A DNA stretch of 37,306 nt from Flavipsychrobacter sp. (lineage in GTDB: Bacteria; Bacteroidota; Bacteroidia; Chitinophagales; Chitinophagaceae), in the NCBI GenBank assembly GCA_017849575.1, contig JAFIGV010000023.1, forward strand, positions 1 to 37,306, written 5' to 3'. The translations under genes and the position numbers were made by a program. Position 1 is the first letter of the stretch. Each line of letters begins with the position of its first letter. Below, piece by piece: positions 7,086-16,745 of the stretch. The notes below the pieces were generated by a model. The model was not told the origin of the DNA. It made no database searches and saw only the letters and a list, made by a program, of their open reading frames with translations.

Positions 7086-10007
7086 CTATTGTTTTACAAT
7101 TCGTGTAAAATATTCGTGGTTGCCTTTTTCATCGGTGATGTACACAATATAATTGCCTGCTGCCAGGTGGCGTAGGTCGAGGTCTGCATGCTCATAATCC
7201 AGTACGGCTTGATACAAAACTTTGCCTACGGGATTGACCACATGTACCCGCAATTTGAGGTTGTTCATGTTGCCTACCTTAATATGCACCCTGCCGTCAG
7301 ATATCGTGGGGAAAACGCCCGCAATAAAGACATCTGCAGCCGTGACGGGACGAACGGTTTTTACTGCCGAATAGTACCGGTCGCCGGTCTTGTCTTCATA
7401 CCTCAGCCGGTAAAAAATCTCCGCGGCTCTGCGGTCATAACTATTATCTTGCAGGGTATAGGCTCCGCTTCCTGTAGGTTTCACCACTTCGAGTGTGGTA
7501 AACAATTGTCCGTCGTAACTACGTTCAACGGTGTATTCTCTGGCCTGATTGTCGGTATTTACTTTCCAGCTCACCGCCACAGTGTTTTGTTGCAGTTTTA
7601 CATCAAAGTTCAGCAGCTTCAGTTCCAGAGGCGTCACATCGCTTGAGGTCCATAAACCGCGTCCGTGTGTAGCCACTACCAATTCATTGTTGCTGTTTAC
7701 ATCCACCATATCTACACGGGTCATGGGCAGCGTATTGTTGTTGAGAAGTGTCCACACAGTGCTGTTGCCATTGAGAGTACCGGTGCCCATCACACCCACT
7801 TCTGTACCTAAGAAGATGATTTTACTGCTGGCAGGCGACCAGATAGCCCAGCGCACCGGCACATCCTGCAGGGTATTGTTGTCATCAATATCTACCCAGG
7901 TCGGTGAGTTTGAGGTTCCGTTGGCGGTGTAGTACACACTGTTTACACCGTAGTTTGAGATGGCCACTACAATGCTGTCGTCGGTACCGGTGCTGCGTTT
8001 TTTTACATCAATAGAACTTACGTATCCGTTGGCTACCAGCACAGTGGATGTAAGATTGGTGACGGTAGCCACAGTTTGCGGATTGGTGATGCGATAAACC
8101 CTTCCGTTGTCTGTACCTACATAAACGCGGTTTTTATTATTGGGAGATACTTTGATGGATGTGATCTGTTCGCCGTTCAGGTTTACGTACTGATCGCTGC
8201 GATATTCGTTGATAGGATCAAAGATATTGTACCACATACCCAGATAATTGGTGGCGGCGGCAGAGTACAGAATGTCGCTGCTGTCGTCGAGGTCCGAAGG
8301 ATTTACAAAGCTTCCCGAATTGTCCGAATCGTAATAGAGATAGGTAAAGCTGCTTCCTCCGTTTGTAGAAACATAATAGTTGTTGTACACATAAGATGTG
8401 ATCTGATTGTTCCCGTTTGTCTTGTCAATAAAGCAAAAAGCGCCGTCGCCGCCCGAAACGTCTGTAACGGCATTGATGCCGGCATTGGTAAACTTGTGAG
8501 AACCGTTGTCCTGAGCTCCGGCCAGGAAATAGTTTACATTGGTAGGGTGCGTTGCGCAGGAATAATATTGGGTAACGTTGTAATTGTCGCTTTTGCTGAT
8601 CCATGTGGGCAAAGCCGGCGAAGAATTGAGGTTTGTACAATAAAATATACCACCGTCGCATCCTACCAGTGCGGTTGTATTTGTTCCGGGTCTGAATACG
8701 AAGCTGTGAATGTCAGCGTGCACGTTCGCATTGTTCCAGGTGCTTCCGAGTGCTCCATAGAGCGACCATGATGTAAGTTGCGTCCAACTGGTACCACTAT
8801 TGGTTGATTTGAGAACATCCACTCCGCCAATGTACAAGGTGGTACTGGTGTTGGGGTCCACCGCGCAAGTAAGGTCATACCAGGCTTGACCGCGGGTAAA
8901 AAACGAGTTGGCACCCTGATCATAAATGGTCGGGATGGTTTTAGAGGTCCAGTTTGTGCCGCCATTGGTACTTGAATAGATGCCGGTCACTTCATAGCTG
9001 TTACCATCCTGACACAGGGCGTATATCTGGCTGGAGTTGCTCGGGGCAAGGGCAATCTCGATGCGGGCCCATGTGCCGGTGGGGGTTATATTGCTCCAGT
9101 TGCCGCTGTTTCCTACGTTTACCCCGTTGGTAGCCACGCTCGATTTATAAATCTTACCCGTAGTAAAGAGCCCCGTGGTTGCATAGAGGTCTCCGTTGGC
9201 AGCTACTTCCACATCGGATATGCGCATGTCGCTGCTGCCACTGCCAATCACGCGGGTCCAGGTGCTACCTCCGTTAGTCGATTTTTGTAATCCTCCCGTA
9301 TTTGCCGTAGCGCCTCTGCAAGCCGCATATACGTCGCCGTTGCCGGTAACGATGATCTTTTGTACGTAAGAAAAATTATTGTTGTTGTTGGTAGAAGAGA
9401 GTTGGGTCCAGGTGTTTCCGCCGTCTGTAGATTTCCAGATTCCATTGCCTTTTATGCCATCGGCGTTTCCGTATCCTTCTCCGGTGCCGAAGTAAAGAAT
9501 TTGCGTGTTAGAAGGGTCCTGAGCAATCGTAGTCACGGCCAGGTTGGCAAACTGATCATTTACGGCTACCCATGCAGGGTTGGCCTGTGTAATGTCCGTG
9601 CATTTCCAGAGGCCGCCACCGGCTGCACCTGCAAATACGGTCTTGTTTGTCAGATCGTTGGCATCAAAAATTATCGCTCTTGTTCGGCCACCTACATTGT
9701 TGGGGCCACGTTCGGTCCAGTTGATCGATGAAAATCCCGAAGTCGTTTTAAGCTGTCCCAGCAACTGTGCCTGCCTTTCATAAAACTGCATGGCGGCTGT
9801 AAGGCGCTCTCTCGGTATTGTGTTGAGCTTTGGGTCGCGGGTTTTGGCAAATTCCAGCCTGATGGCTTCCATAGGTTCGTCTTCCTGCTCTTCTTTTTCA
9901 CCGCGCTCCTTTTGTTCCGGCAACAGGAAGAAGCCCATAGACAGAAAAGCTGCGGCAGAAATAAATAATAAGGCGGAAGATCGTCCGCGCAACATCGGAA
10001 ATTTCAT
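7086..10007 (-). CDS. Secreted BNR/Asp-box repeat beta-propeller protein (sialidase, GH74 or sortilin-like) with a T9SS C-terminal sorting domain, 973 aa
   Basis: It has a signal peptide. There are at least five S-x-D-x-G-x-T-W motifs: KSTDGGNTWTQL, KSTNGGSTWTRV, SSTNGGTNWTS, KSTNSGTSWTQL and VSTNGGSSFTY. A penultimate domain of about 90 aa and a CTD (..AGNYIVYITDEKGNHEYFTRIVKQ) close the protein. Confidence 0.85.
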   Translation of the reverse strand: MKFPMLRGRSSALLFISAAAFLSMGFFLLPEQKERGEKEEQEDEPMEAIRLEFAKTRDPKLNTIPRERLTAAMQFYERQAQLLGQLKTTSGFSSINWTERGPNNVGGRTRAIIFDANDLTNKTVFAGAAGGGLWKCTDITQANPAWVAVNDQFANLAVTTIAQDPSNTQILYFGTGEGYGNADGIKGNGIWKSTDGGNTWTQLSSTNNNNNFSYVQKIIVTGNGDVYAACRGATANTGGLQKSTNGGSTWTRVIGSGSSDMRISDVEVAANGDLYATTGLFTTGKIYKSSVATNGVNVGNSGNWSNITPTGTWARIEIALAPSNSSQIYALCQDGNSYEVTGIYSSTNGGTNWTSKTIPTIYDQGANSFFTRGQAWYDLTCAVDPNTSTTLYIGGVDVLKSTNSGTSWTQLTSWSLYGALGSTWNNANVHADIHSFVFRPGTNTTALVGCDGGIFYCTNLNSSPALPTWISKSDNYNVTQYYSCATHPTNVNYFLAGAQDNGSHKFTNAGINAVTDVSGGDGAFCFIDKTNGNNQITSYVYNNYYVSTNGGSSFTYLYYDSDNSGSFVNPSDLDDSSDILYSAAATNYLGMWYNIFDPINEYRSDQYVNLNGEQITSIKVSPNNKNRVYVGTDNGRVYRITNPQTVATVTNLTSTVLVANGYVSSIDVKKRSTGTDDSIVVAISNYGVNSVYYTANGTSNSPTWVDIDDNNTLQDVPVRWAIWSPASSKIIFLGTEVGVMGTGTLNGNSTVWTLLNNNTLPMTRVDMVDVNSNNELVVATHGRGLWTSSDVTPLELKLLNFDVKLQQNTVAVSWKVNTDNQAREYTVERSYDGQLFTTLEVVKPTGSGAYTLQDNSYDRRAAEIFYRLRYEDKTGDRYYSAVKTVRPVTAADVFIAGVFPTISDGRVHIKVGNMNNLKLRVHVVNPVGKVLYQAVLDYEHADLDLRHLAAGNYIVYITDEKGNHEYFTRIVKQ

Positions 10008-10163
10008 GATTTTTTAGGATGAGTGGTTTACTAATTGCACTGTAAAAATATGGAAAAATTTTGTGAGGCGTAGCCGATAGATATTCTGCTGCAACCGGAT
10101 GAACAGGAGTAAAGACAGGAATTACTTTTTGATCGTCAGTCTTCAGATAAGCTTCTCTATCCG

Positions 10164-10814
10164 TCAGGGTGCAAGCCTGTGTATGTTCCAATCGTCATGA
10201 TGGCGGCGGAAGGATATACGGTCGTGCATACGGCTACTACGGCCCTGCCAAAACTCAATATGATCGGGTAGTACGCGGTATCCACCCCAATGTTCGGGCC
10301 GCGGCACGTTGCCTCCCGAAAACTGCTGTTCAAAGCGGAGATAGTTTTGCTCCAGAATACTGCGGTCGGCTATCACGCTTGATTGTGGGGATGCCCAGGC
10401 ACCGATCCGGCTGCCTGTGGGTCGCGAGTGGAAATAGGCATCGCTTTCTGCCTCCGACACCCGGACTACTGACCCTTCGATGCGCACCTGACGTTCCAAC
10501 TCCTGCCAGAAGAAAACAAGTGCTGCATAGGGACGGGCGTCTAGTTCGTTGCCTTTGGCGCTATCGTAATTCGTGAAGAATACAAAGCCGTCCTCATCAA
10601 GCCCTTTGAGCAATACGATACGTGCATGAGGCTTGTTCTCGGCATCTACCGTAGCAAGCGTCATGGCATTGATTTCCGCTACATTGGCTTTATGGGCCTC
10701 ATCAAACCACTTTCGGAAAAAAACCAAAGGGTCTTTTCCGGCTGTGGCCTCATCGAGCGCAGCCAGTTGATAGTCTCTTCTTATCGAAGCAATATCGGTA
10801 GATGAAGATGGCAA
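10164..10814 (-). CDS. pdxH: Pyridoxamine 5'-phosphate oxidase
   Basis: It aligns over its full length to the PdxH family, including DEDGFVFFTNYDSAKG, RIEGSV, EFWQGRSSRMHDRI and the C-terminal RLAP. Confidence 0.9.
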   Translation of the reverse strand: MPSSSTDIASIRRDYQLAALDEATAGKDPLVFFRKWFDEAHKANVAEINAMTLATVDAENKPHARIVLLKGLDEDGFVFFTNYDSAKGNELDARPYAALVFFWQELERQVRIEGSVVRVSEAESDAYFHSRPTGSRIGAWASPQSSVIADRSILEQNYLRFEQQFSGGNVPRPEHWGGYRVLPDHIEFWQGRSSRMHDRISFRRHHDDWNIHRLAP

Positions 10815-10820
10815 AGCGGA

Positions 10821-10964
10821 CTACTTATCAGAGCGGGAGCCAAGATATTTTGCCATCACGTAGATGAGCTCTATCAACATCAGAAAGATAAAGATGTAGG
10901 TGATCACCCAGCCAATATTGTATTGGAAGGCATCGTAGAACGCATTGAGAATAAGCCCTTTCAT
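10821..10964 (-). CDS. Small hydrophobic ORF (47 aa) 6 nt upstream of pdxH, possibly co-translated
   Basis: The translation is MKGLILNAFYDAFQYNIGWVITYIFIFLMLIELIYVMAKYLGSRSDK. It has one TM helix and a 6-nt gap to the pdxH start. No homology is recognised. Confidence 0.3.
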   Translation of the reverse strand: MKGLILNAFYDAFQYNIGWVITYIFIFLMLIELIYVMAKYLGSRSDK

Positions 10965-11036
10965 TACGAACAGAATAATTTGTGCGCAAGATACAACAAA
11001 CGGCAGTAAAGCTGTTACTGTGTTTTACCATTTTTT

Positions 11037-12284
11037 GTGGCTAATTTTCGCAGCTTTCCCTTTATTGCGATGTTGCTTCGACACATACCGTTTCTCAAGG
11101 CTGTGCTTTGGTATGCAGTCACTGCCTTTGGAGGGCCGCAGGGGCATATTGGTATGATGGTAAAGACCTTTGTACAAAAGCGGAAAGATGTAACAGAAGA
11201 AGAGCTGCTGGAGTATAACGCTTTTTGCCAGATGCTGCCGGGGCCATCCTCCACACAGACGGTTATGCTCATTGCCATGAAGCGCGGCGGCATCAGCCTT
11301 GCCCTGCTCACTTTGCTGCTCTGGGTATTTCCCGCGGCGTTCATCATGGGGGCATTTTCCTTTCTCATTTATTACATCAATGCAAGGGATATACAGACGA
11401 ATCTATTTATGTATATCCAGCCCATGTCGGTAGGATTTATCGCCTTTGCCGCAGCACGGATGATGCGGGCCAGCGTTAAGCATTTCGCCACGGCCGCTAT
11501 TATGATCGGAGCCTTGCTGGTCACGGTCTTCGTCCGTACGCCCTGGGTGTTCCCTATTGTATTGTTGCTGGCGGGTAGCATCAGCAATTTCAGTAATAAT
11601 CGGATACCTGATACCAAAGACAAGCCTAAGCCGGTGCGCTGGATCAACATCTGGCTTTTTGTTGTGGTTTTTCTTGTAGCCGGTATTCTTTCCGAAGCTG
11701 CCCGTGCCCATAAGTGGAATCACGGCATTGCCTTCAATCTGTTTGAGAATTTTTATCGCTTTGGTACTATCGTTTTCGGCGGCGGACAGGCCCTGTTACC
11801 CATGATGCTGTATCAGTTTGTGAACCGGCCGCTGCAGATGCAAAAGACACCGCTGCTTTCGTCCGTAGCCTTGCTAACGGGCTATGGGGTAGTGCAGGCA
11901 GTACCCGGGCCTGTGTTTTCCGTATGCAGTTTTGTGGGCGGTATGATCATGAGTCCTTACGGCACTTTCTGGCAGATAGCCGGATGCCTGATCGCCACGA
12001 TCGCCGTGTTCCTTCCGAGCACCCTTTTGCTTTTCTTTCTTTTCCCCCTATACCAGAATCTTCGGCAGCATGTTATTATCTACCGTGCGCTTGAGGGGAT
12101 CAATGCCGCAGTGGTCGGCATAATCTGGGCCTCGGGTATTGTTTTGTTTCAGATGATGCAGCCTTTTGAACTGATCAACCTCGTGGTGGTGGCCATCACC
12201 TTCGCCTTACTTTATTTTACTAAGATACCCTCACCGTTTATTGTTATTGGCTGGCTACTGATGGGGTGGGCCATGAACTATTGA
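11037..12284 (+). CDS. chrA: Chromate transporter ChrA (CHR family; alternative start at 11073)
   Basis: It carries the duplicated CHR signature: [11 protein letters not shown]...LPGPSSTQ in the first half and [11 protein letters not shown]...VPGPVFS in the second. There are about 12 TM segments. Confidence 0.88.
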   Translation: MANFRSFPFIAMLLRHIPFLKAVLWYAVTAFGGPQGHIGMMVKTFVQKRKDVTEEELLEYNAFCQMLPGPSSTQTVMLIAMKRGGISLALLTLLLWVFPAAFIMGAFSFLIYYINARDIQTNLFMYIQPMSVGFIAFAAARMMRASVKHFATAAIMIGALLVTVFVRTPWVFPIVLLLAGSISNFSNNRIPDTKDKPKPVRWINIWLFVVVFLVAGILSEAARAHKWNHGIAFNLFENFYRFGTIVFGGGQALLPMMLYQFVNRPLQMQKTPLLSSVALLTGYGVVQAVPGPVFSVCSFVGGMIMSPYGTFWQIAGCLIATIAVFLPSTLLLFFLFPLYQNLRQHVIIYRALEGINAAVVGIIWASGIVLFQMMQPFELINLVVVAITFALLYFTKIPSPFIVIGWLLMGWAMNY

Positions 12285-12356
12285 AGATTTCACTCGCTGA
12301 CTGGTCGCCTGAACCCAGAAATTCAGATAACGCTGGCCGCAGATTTTCACATCAAC

Positions 12357-13529
12357 TTATCCTTGCCATGTTTGCGTATTGGTTTCCTGTAGCACTTCTG
12401 CGGCTTTTAGCTGGCCAACTTCCGGTTCGGACGAAAAAGGCTGCAGCGTATTTCGCTCGCGTTGTTTGATCTTGTCTCGGTAGGTCAATCCCCATTTTTC
12501 TACAGTGGCATGCATCACCCAGGCCAGACCAAAGGCGTAAAAAAGATAACAGGCCAACTGAACAGGAAATGAGTCGGGCATCAGGGCCTTGGAATACATG
12601 AGAAAGACGGTGCCGTGGAGCAGATAGGTAGCATAGGAAATACGGGAAATAAAACTGATCACTTTGGCAACAAAGCCTGTACCGGTTTTTATGGTACTCA
12701 TATAGGGCAGCAGCAGCATAGCCGAAAATCCTTGTACGGGCAGGGAAAGATATTGATGATAAAATCCGATTGCTGAAGTGCCGTTGAAATAAAAATGATT
12801 GAACAGTGTTCCGGTCAGCCCGATAACAAAAGACAACTTTGCATAACGCACCCAGCTTTGTGGATGAAAAAATGCTACCCAGGCGGCCAGCACACCAAAC
12901 ATAATGGCGTCCATTCTTGAAGGGACGGTCATCATATATCCGTTTATTAAACGATCGAAGCTCTGCGGTTGAAAAAGCTGAACCTTGATGATCCGGAACA
13001 TGTTACTTGAAAAAATGACCATCAGGATGACCATTAAGAATTTCCCCTGCCTGGCACCTTTTAGATAACACATCCCAAAGAGCATCATTGGTATCAACAG
13101 GTAAAACCATTCCTCGACAGACAGCGACCAGGATTCGCCGAATACACGCATTTCGCCATCCCATAGGTTTTGTAAAAAGAATGGATATGGCTTCAGGGTG
13201 TTTAGAGGAAAATCACGAAAAGGAGCCAGGACGATCAGCGCCAGGACAACGAAATAGGCAGGGAGAGTGCGCAGCCAACGATCGCGCCAGAATCGAAACA
13301 AATTTGGGAATGTGGGTGCTTCGGTGGTCAGTTTCTTAAGCAGGATGCCCCCAATGAGGTAACCGCTCAACACAAAAAACAGGGATACACCATCAAAAAA
13401 CTGAAGCCGGACGGTAGTAGAGAACGGATTTAAGCCCGTGGGAAGAACATAAAACAAATGGCCATAAACAACCGTGAGTATCGCAATAGCACGAAGAATA
13501 TCTAACCCAAATACCCTCTTAGTACTCAC
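12357..13529 (-). CDS. Acyltransferase family 3 (OafA-like) membrane protein
   Basis: The segment VFGLDILRAIAILTVVYGHLF...FFVLSGYLIG is typical of PF01757, with about 10 TM helices. Confidence 0.85.
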   Translation of the reverse strand: MSTKRVFGLDILRAIAILTVVYGHLFYVLPTGLNPFSTTVRLQFFDGVSLFFVLSGYLIGGILLKKLTTEAPTFPNLFRFWRDRWLRTLPAYFVVLALIVLAPFRDFPLNTLKPYPFFLQNLWDGEMRVFGESWSLSVEEWFYLLIPMMLFGMCYLKGARQGKFLMVILMVIFSSNMFRIIKVQLFQPQSFDRLINGYMMTVPSRMDAIMFGVLAAWVAFFHPQSWVRYAKLSFVIGLTGTLFNHFYFNGTSAIGFYHQYLSLPVQGFSAMLLLPYMSTIKTGTGFVAKVISFISRISYATYLLHGTVFLMYSKALMPDSFPVQLACYLFYAFGLAWVMHATVEKWGLTYRDKIKQRERNTLQPFSSEPEVGQLKAAEVLQETNTQTWQG

Positions 13530-13565
13530 CGTAATGAAAATGATTTGTTGAACAGAAAATGGCGA

Positions 13566-13763
13566 TTAGAGAAATCTGCTTAAGCTGGGTAATGCTCCAA
13601 CGATCAGCCACCAAACTATGGTGATGATGTAGAGGACCGTGTTTCTTTTGAAATCATTGTTTATTCCGTAGGCACCTGAATATCTTAATTGCACAAGAAG
13701 GTGACGGATAAAAAATGCAACCAACAATAGAAACGCAACAAGGTTGACCGCGGCAAATTTCAT
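13566..13763 (-). CDS. Small two-TM membrane protein (65 aa), hypothetical
   Basis: It sits co-directionally between the SCO1 and acyltransferase genes and is hydrophobic. Confidence 0.4.
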   Translation of the reverse strand: MKFAAVNLVAFLLLVAFFIRHLLVQLRYSGAYGINNDFKRNTVLYIITIVWWLIVGALPSLSRFL

Positions 13764-13791
13764 GGGTCCATTCTTTAATTGACACCCAAAT

Positions 13792-14424
13792 CTAATCTTT
13801 CTCTTCCAGCAATTCTTTCACATCACCAATAAGTTGGTTGACCGACCCCATGTCCGTTCCTTCGTATTGTCCGCGGATATGCCCGTTTTTGTCCACCAGC
13901 ACAAAGCGGTCTGTGTGGATGAAATCTGTCCGGATATCGCCTGTTCCGGTATCTTCTACGGCAGTGACAAGGTAGCTGTAGCGGGCCATATCGTAGAGGT
14001 CTTTTTTATCGCCGGTAAGAAACAGCCATTGTTTCGGATCGGCGTCAAATCGAAGCGAATAGGTTTTCATTGCAGCCACCGAATCTTTTTTCGGATCTAC
14101 GGTGTGCGACAAGATCATGACCTGATCATTTCCCCGAAAAGCCTGATAAACCTTGCTCATGTTTTCATTCATCTTCGGGCAGATGCCTTCGCAGGTGGTA
14201 AAGAAATATTCTACCACATAGGTCTTGCCCTTTACCGTTTCATTAGTCACTGTGTTTCCGTTTTGATCGGTAAAGCTAAACGGCCGGATTCGGTGATCTC
14301 CCGCTCCCAGAACCGGCAGTCGGCGGGGTTGCTCTCGGCTTAGATTGTAATAGTAAGTCATGAAAGCAGCGCTGAGCAAAATGAAAAACGAAACGAGAAA
14401 GATAACGACCTTTTTATTGCGCAT
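13792..14424 (-). CDS. SCO1/SenC family copper chaperone / thiol-disulfide oxidoreductase
   Basis: It has an N-terminal TM helix, a thioredoxin-like fold with CEGICP (CxxxC), and the conserved downstream His of the Sco fold. Confidence 0.85.
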   Translation of the reverse strand: MRNKKVVIFLVSFFILLSAAFMTYYYNLSREQPRRLPVLGAGDHRIRPFSFTDQNGNTVTNETVKGKTYVVEYFFTTCEGICPKMNENMSKVYQAFRGNDQVMILSHTVDPKKDSVAAMKTYSLRFDADPKQWLFLTGDKKDLYDMARYSYLVTAVEDTGTGDIRTDFIHTDRFVLVDKNGHIRGQYEGTDMGSVNQLIGDVKELLEEKD

Positions 14425-14443
14425 AGTTTCGGAGTTTGCGCCG

Positions 14444-14451
14444 CAAAGGTA
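14444..14451 (-). promoter_or_regulatory. Consensus Bacteroidota -7 promoter box TACCTTTG upstream of the SCO1 gene
   Basis: It is a perfect TAnnTTTG match, with 19 nt between the box and the ATG at 14424. The octamer and spacing are identical to those upstream of lepA. Confidence 0.4.
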
Positions 14452-14492
14452 CCCTTCCCGTTTCGTTCGTTACAAAATGATTTGCTAAAAGC

Positions 14493-14999
14493 CTAAGGTC
14501 TGAGGTCTCCGGTCACACCGCCGTCTTTCGACTGGCCTGTCAGCGTACCGATCGCCAGTTTCACCACCGACAATAATTTTCCGTCTTTAGTGTCCCAATA
14601 GTGCGCTTCGGAAGGCGTCACTTTGATCAGCGTAAGGTTTGGGTCGTCTTTGCCTTCGGGAAACCAGTTTTTTGCCAGTGGATTCCAAAACTCCTCAATC
14701 TTCTTCCGGTCGTTCACATGTTCTGCCTGGCCGGTAACGCTCAAAAACCGGTAGTTGTCGGGCTGTGCATAGATCAGTTGTACCTGGGCATCTTTGTGGA
14801 TCTGCTTTTCTTTTTCGCTGGTATGGCTGCTTAAAAACCAGAAGCTTCCCTGTTCGTCCACCCGCTGTGTGGCCATGGGTCGCGTGGCAAACGGAATTTC
14901 GCTGGTGGAGGTGCAAAACATGCAGATGCTTGCATCATCAGCAATCTTCTGCATTTGTTCAATCGCTTCTTTACCCTCAAGGTGCTGTATTGTTCCCAT
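14493..14999 (-). CDS. Pyridoxamine 5'-phosphate oxidase-like FMN-binding protein (general stress protein 26 family)
   Basis: It has a PNPOx-like split-barrel domain and the pattern ...ASICMFCTSTSEIPFATRPMATQRVDEQGSFWFLS.. typical of GSP26 proteins. The start is taken at MGTIQHL (14999), which follows an A-rich leader. Confidence 0.75.
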   Translation of the reverse strand: MGTIQHLEGKEAIEQMQKIADDASICMFCTSTSEIPFATRPMATQRVDEQGSFWFLSSHTSEKEKQIHKDAQVQLIYAQPDNYRFLSVTGQAEHVNDRKKIEEFWNPLAKNWFPEGKDDPNLTLIKVTPSEAHYWDTKDGKLLSVVKLAIGTLTGQSKDGGVTGDLRP

Positions 15000-15257
15000 C
15001 GTTTTCTTTTTTTTCGACGGAACTGGGTTATAAAACGGTGCCAGCATCCCGACCTCAGTTTGCGTTGGCGTGCTGATGTTAAGTATGTCGTAATCTTTGG
15101 CTGCGGAAGCGTTTTAGTTGAGCCGTTAACGTTTCAACCGCGGGGTAAGGCGTACCTTTATGGCTCACGGAGCGAAAGGCTTTATTTTTTCACCTCGCAC
15201 CTCTTTTTTGGCTGCTTCGGCCATACATTGACTTCGCGATCTTAAACCAACAGCGTT

Positions 15258-15497
15258 ATGAAATGGGTGCCACTTACAAATATGATACTCGAACAACTCC
15301 GGCAGCGTGGCTATACGCATCTGGTGGTCAAAAACATTACCGAGAAGGAAACGGTAGATTCTGATAAGGAGTTTGTGACCCTGGAAGCAGTGAGCAAACC
15401 CATACCGGATAAAGATTTGACTTTCGATATCGGTTCGGATGCTACACGCGAAATGGCCCGCAGCAGGGAAGCCGATTACTATGTCCTTTTTCGGTAG
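15258..15497 (+). CDS. Hypothetical small protein (79 aa)
   Basis: The ORF lies in an otherwise empty 210-bp gap. There is no homology, and a possible weak hairpin follows it. Confidence 0.3.
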   Translation: MKWVPLTNMILEQLRQRGYTHLVVKNITEKETVDSDKEFVTLEAVSKPIPDKDLTFDIGSDATREMARSREADYYVLFR

Positions 15498-15614
15498 CCT
15501 GTGAAAGGATGTCCGGAATAATCTTTTCCGGTTCTTGTCCGAAAGAGGGCTCGTTGCTTTCTAAATGCCTGCCACACCGACTGGGTTTTTTATCTTGCCC
15601 TGCAAACGAGCTTT

Positions 15615-16658
15615 ATGGAGATCGGTATTACCACCTTTGTTGAAAATACGCCCAATCCAACCACCGGCAAATTGCTGGCTCCGCATGAGCGCTTGACGCA
15701 TCTCATGGAAGAGGCCGTTTTGGCTGATGAAGTAGGTCTGGATGTATTTGCCATTGGCGAGCACCATCGGCCCGACTTTATCGTCAGCTCGCCGGCTGTG
15801 GTGTTGGCAGCCATTGCAGCGCGCACGCGGCAAATCCGGTTGTCGAGTGCCGTAAGTGTGCTCAGTTCCGACGATCCTATCCGGGTGTTTCAGGATTTTG
15901 CTGAGCTCGATCTGCTGTCCAAAGGCAGAGCGGAGATCATGGCAGGCCGGGGCTCGTTTACCGAGTCGTTCCCTCTCTTTGGCTACGACCTCAGGGATTA
16001 TGACGAACTGTTTGTGGAGAAGCTGGATATGCTGCTGGAGATCAATAATTCTGCGGTGTTGGACTGGGCCGGCACAACCCATACACCTCCCGTGCGGAGT
16101 CGCGGGGTTTACCCTCGCCCGTTTCAACATCAGCTTCCGGTTTGGATTGCGGTGGGCGGTACGCCACAGTCGGTGGTCCGTGCGGCGCAAAAAGGTCTTC
16201 CTATGGCCGTCGCCATCATCGGAGGCCTGCCCGAACGATTTGTGCCGCTGACGGATCTGTACCGAAACAGATTTGAACACGCTGGTCATAATCTGCAGAG
16301 CCTGCAACTGGCGATTAACTCCCATGGTTTTATTGCCGACGATGCACAGCAGGCGGCGGAGGAATTTTTCGGCCCGTATGCGCAAATGATGGGTGCTATT
16401 GGCCGCGAACGCGGATGGTCGGGTATTTCGCGGCAGCAATATGATGCCATGCGTGCCGCGGAGGGCAGTCTGCTGGTAGGCAGCCCTCAGCAGGTCGTTG
16501 ATAAGATACTCCGCTATCACGAGCTTTTTGGCAACACCCGCTTCCTGCTCCACATCAGCGTAGGTACGCTTCCGCATGCCGCTGTTTTGCGGAGTATTGA
16601 ATTGCTGGGAACGGTGGTGGGTCCCGCAGTCAGGAAGGCTTTGAACAGCGCATCCTAG
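15615..16658 (+). CDS. LLM-class (luciferase-like) flavin-dependent oxidoreductase
   Basis: The segment GITTFVE...HERLTHLMEEAVLADEVGLDVFAIGEHH and the overall TIM-barrel pattern match luciferase-like monooxygenases. GC is somewhat higher (about 56%) than in neighbouring genes. Confidence 0.85.
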   Translation: MEIGITTFVENTPNPTTGKLLAPHERLTHLMEEAVLADEVGLDVFAIGEHHRPDFIVSSPAVVLAAIAARTRQIRLSSAVSVLSSDDPIRVFQDFAELDLLSKGRAEIMAGRGSFTESFPLFGYDLRDYDELFVEKLDMLLEINNSAVLDWAGTTHTPPVRSRGVYPRPFQHQLPVWIAVGGTPQSVVRAAQKGLPMAVAIIGGLPERFVPLTDLYRNRFEHAGHNLQSLQLAINSHGFIADDAQQAAEEFFGPYAQMMGAIGRERGWSGISRQQYDAMRAAEGSLLVGSPQQVVDKILRYHELFGNTRFLLHISVGTLPHAAVLRSIELLGTVVGPAVRKALNSAS

Positions 16659-16717
16659 ACCATCCCGACCCGAAAGAGGCCGGCAACTTTCACAGCTTAC
16701 AACTACTTACAATTAAG

Positions 16718-16725
16718 TACCTTTG
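16718..16725 (+). promoter_or_regulatory. Consensus Bacteroidota -7 promoter box TACCTTTG upstream of lepA
   Basis: It is a perfect TAnnTTTG match, 20 nt upstream of the ATG at 16746. Confidence 0.4.
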
Positions 16726-16745
16726 CCGCTCTTTTGTCAAATACT

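Noticed and set aside
8076-8771. 231-aa plus-strand ORF, and other ORFs at 7188-9783
   Set aside because: They are antisense shadows inside the well-supported BNR-propeller gene.
11015-11723. Minus-strand ORFs of 92-117 aa
   Set aside because: They are antisense to chrA.
15561-16577. 338-aa minus-strand ORF
   Set aside because: It is antisense to the LLM oxidoreductase, which has clear family motifs. GC-rich coding regions often carry long antisense ORFs.
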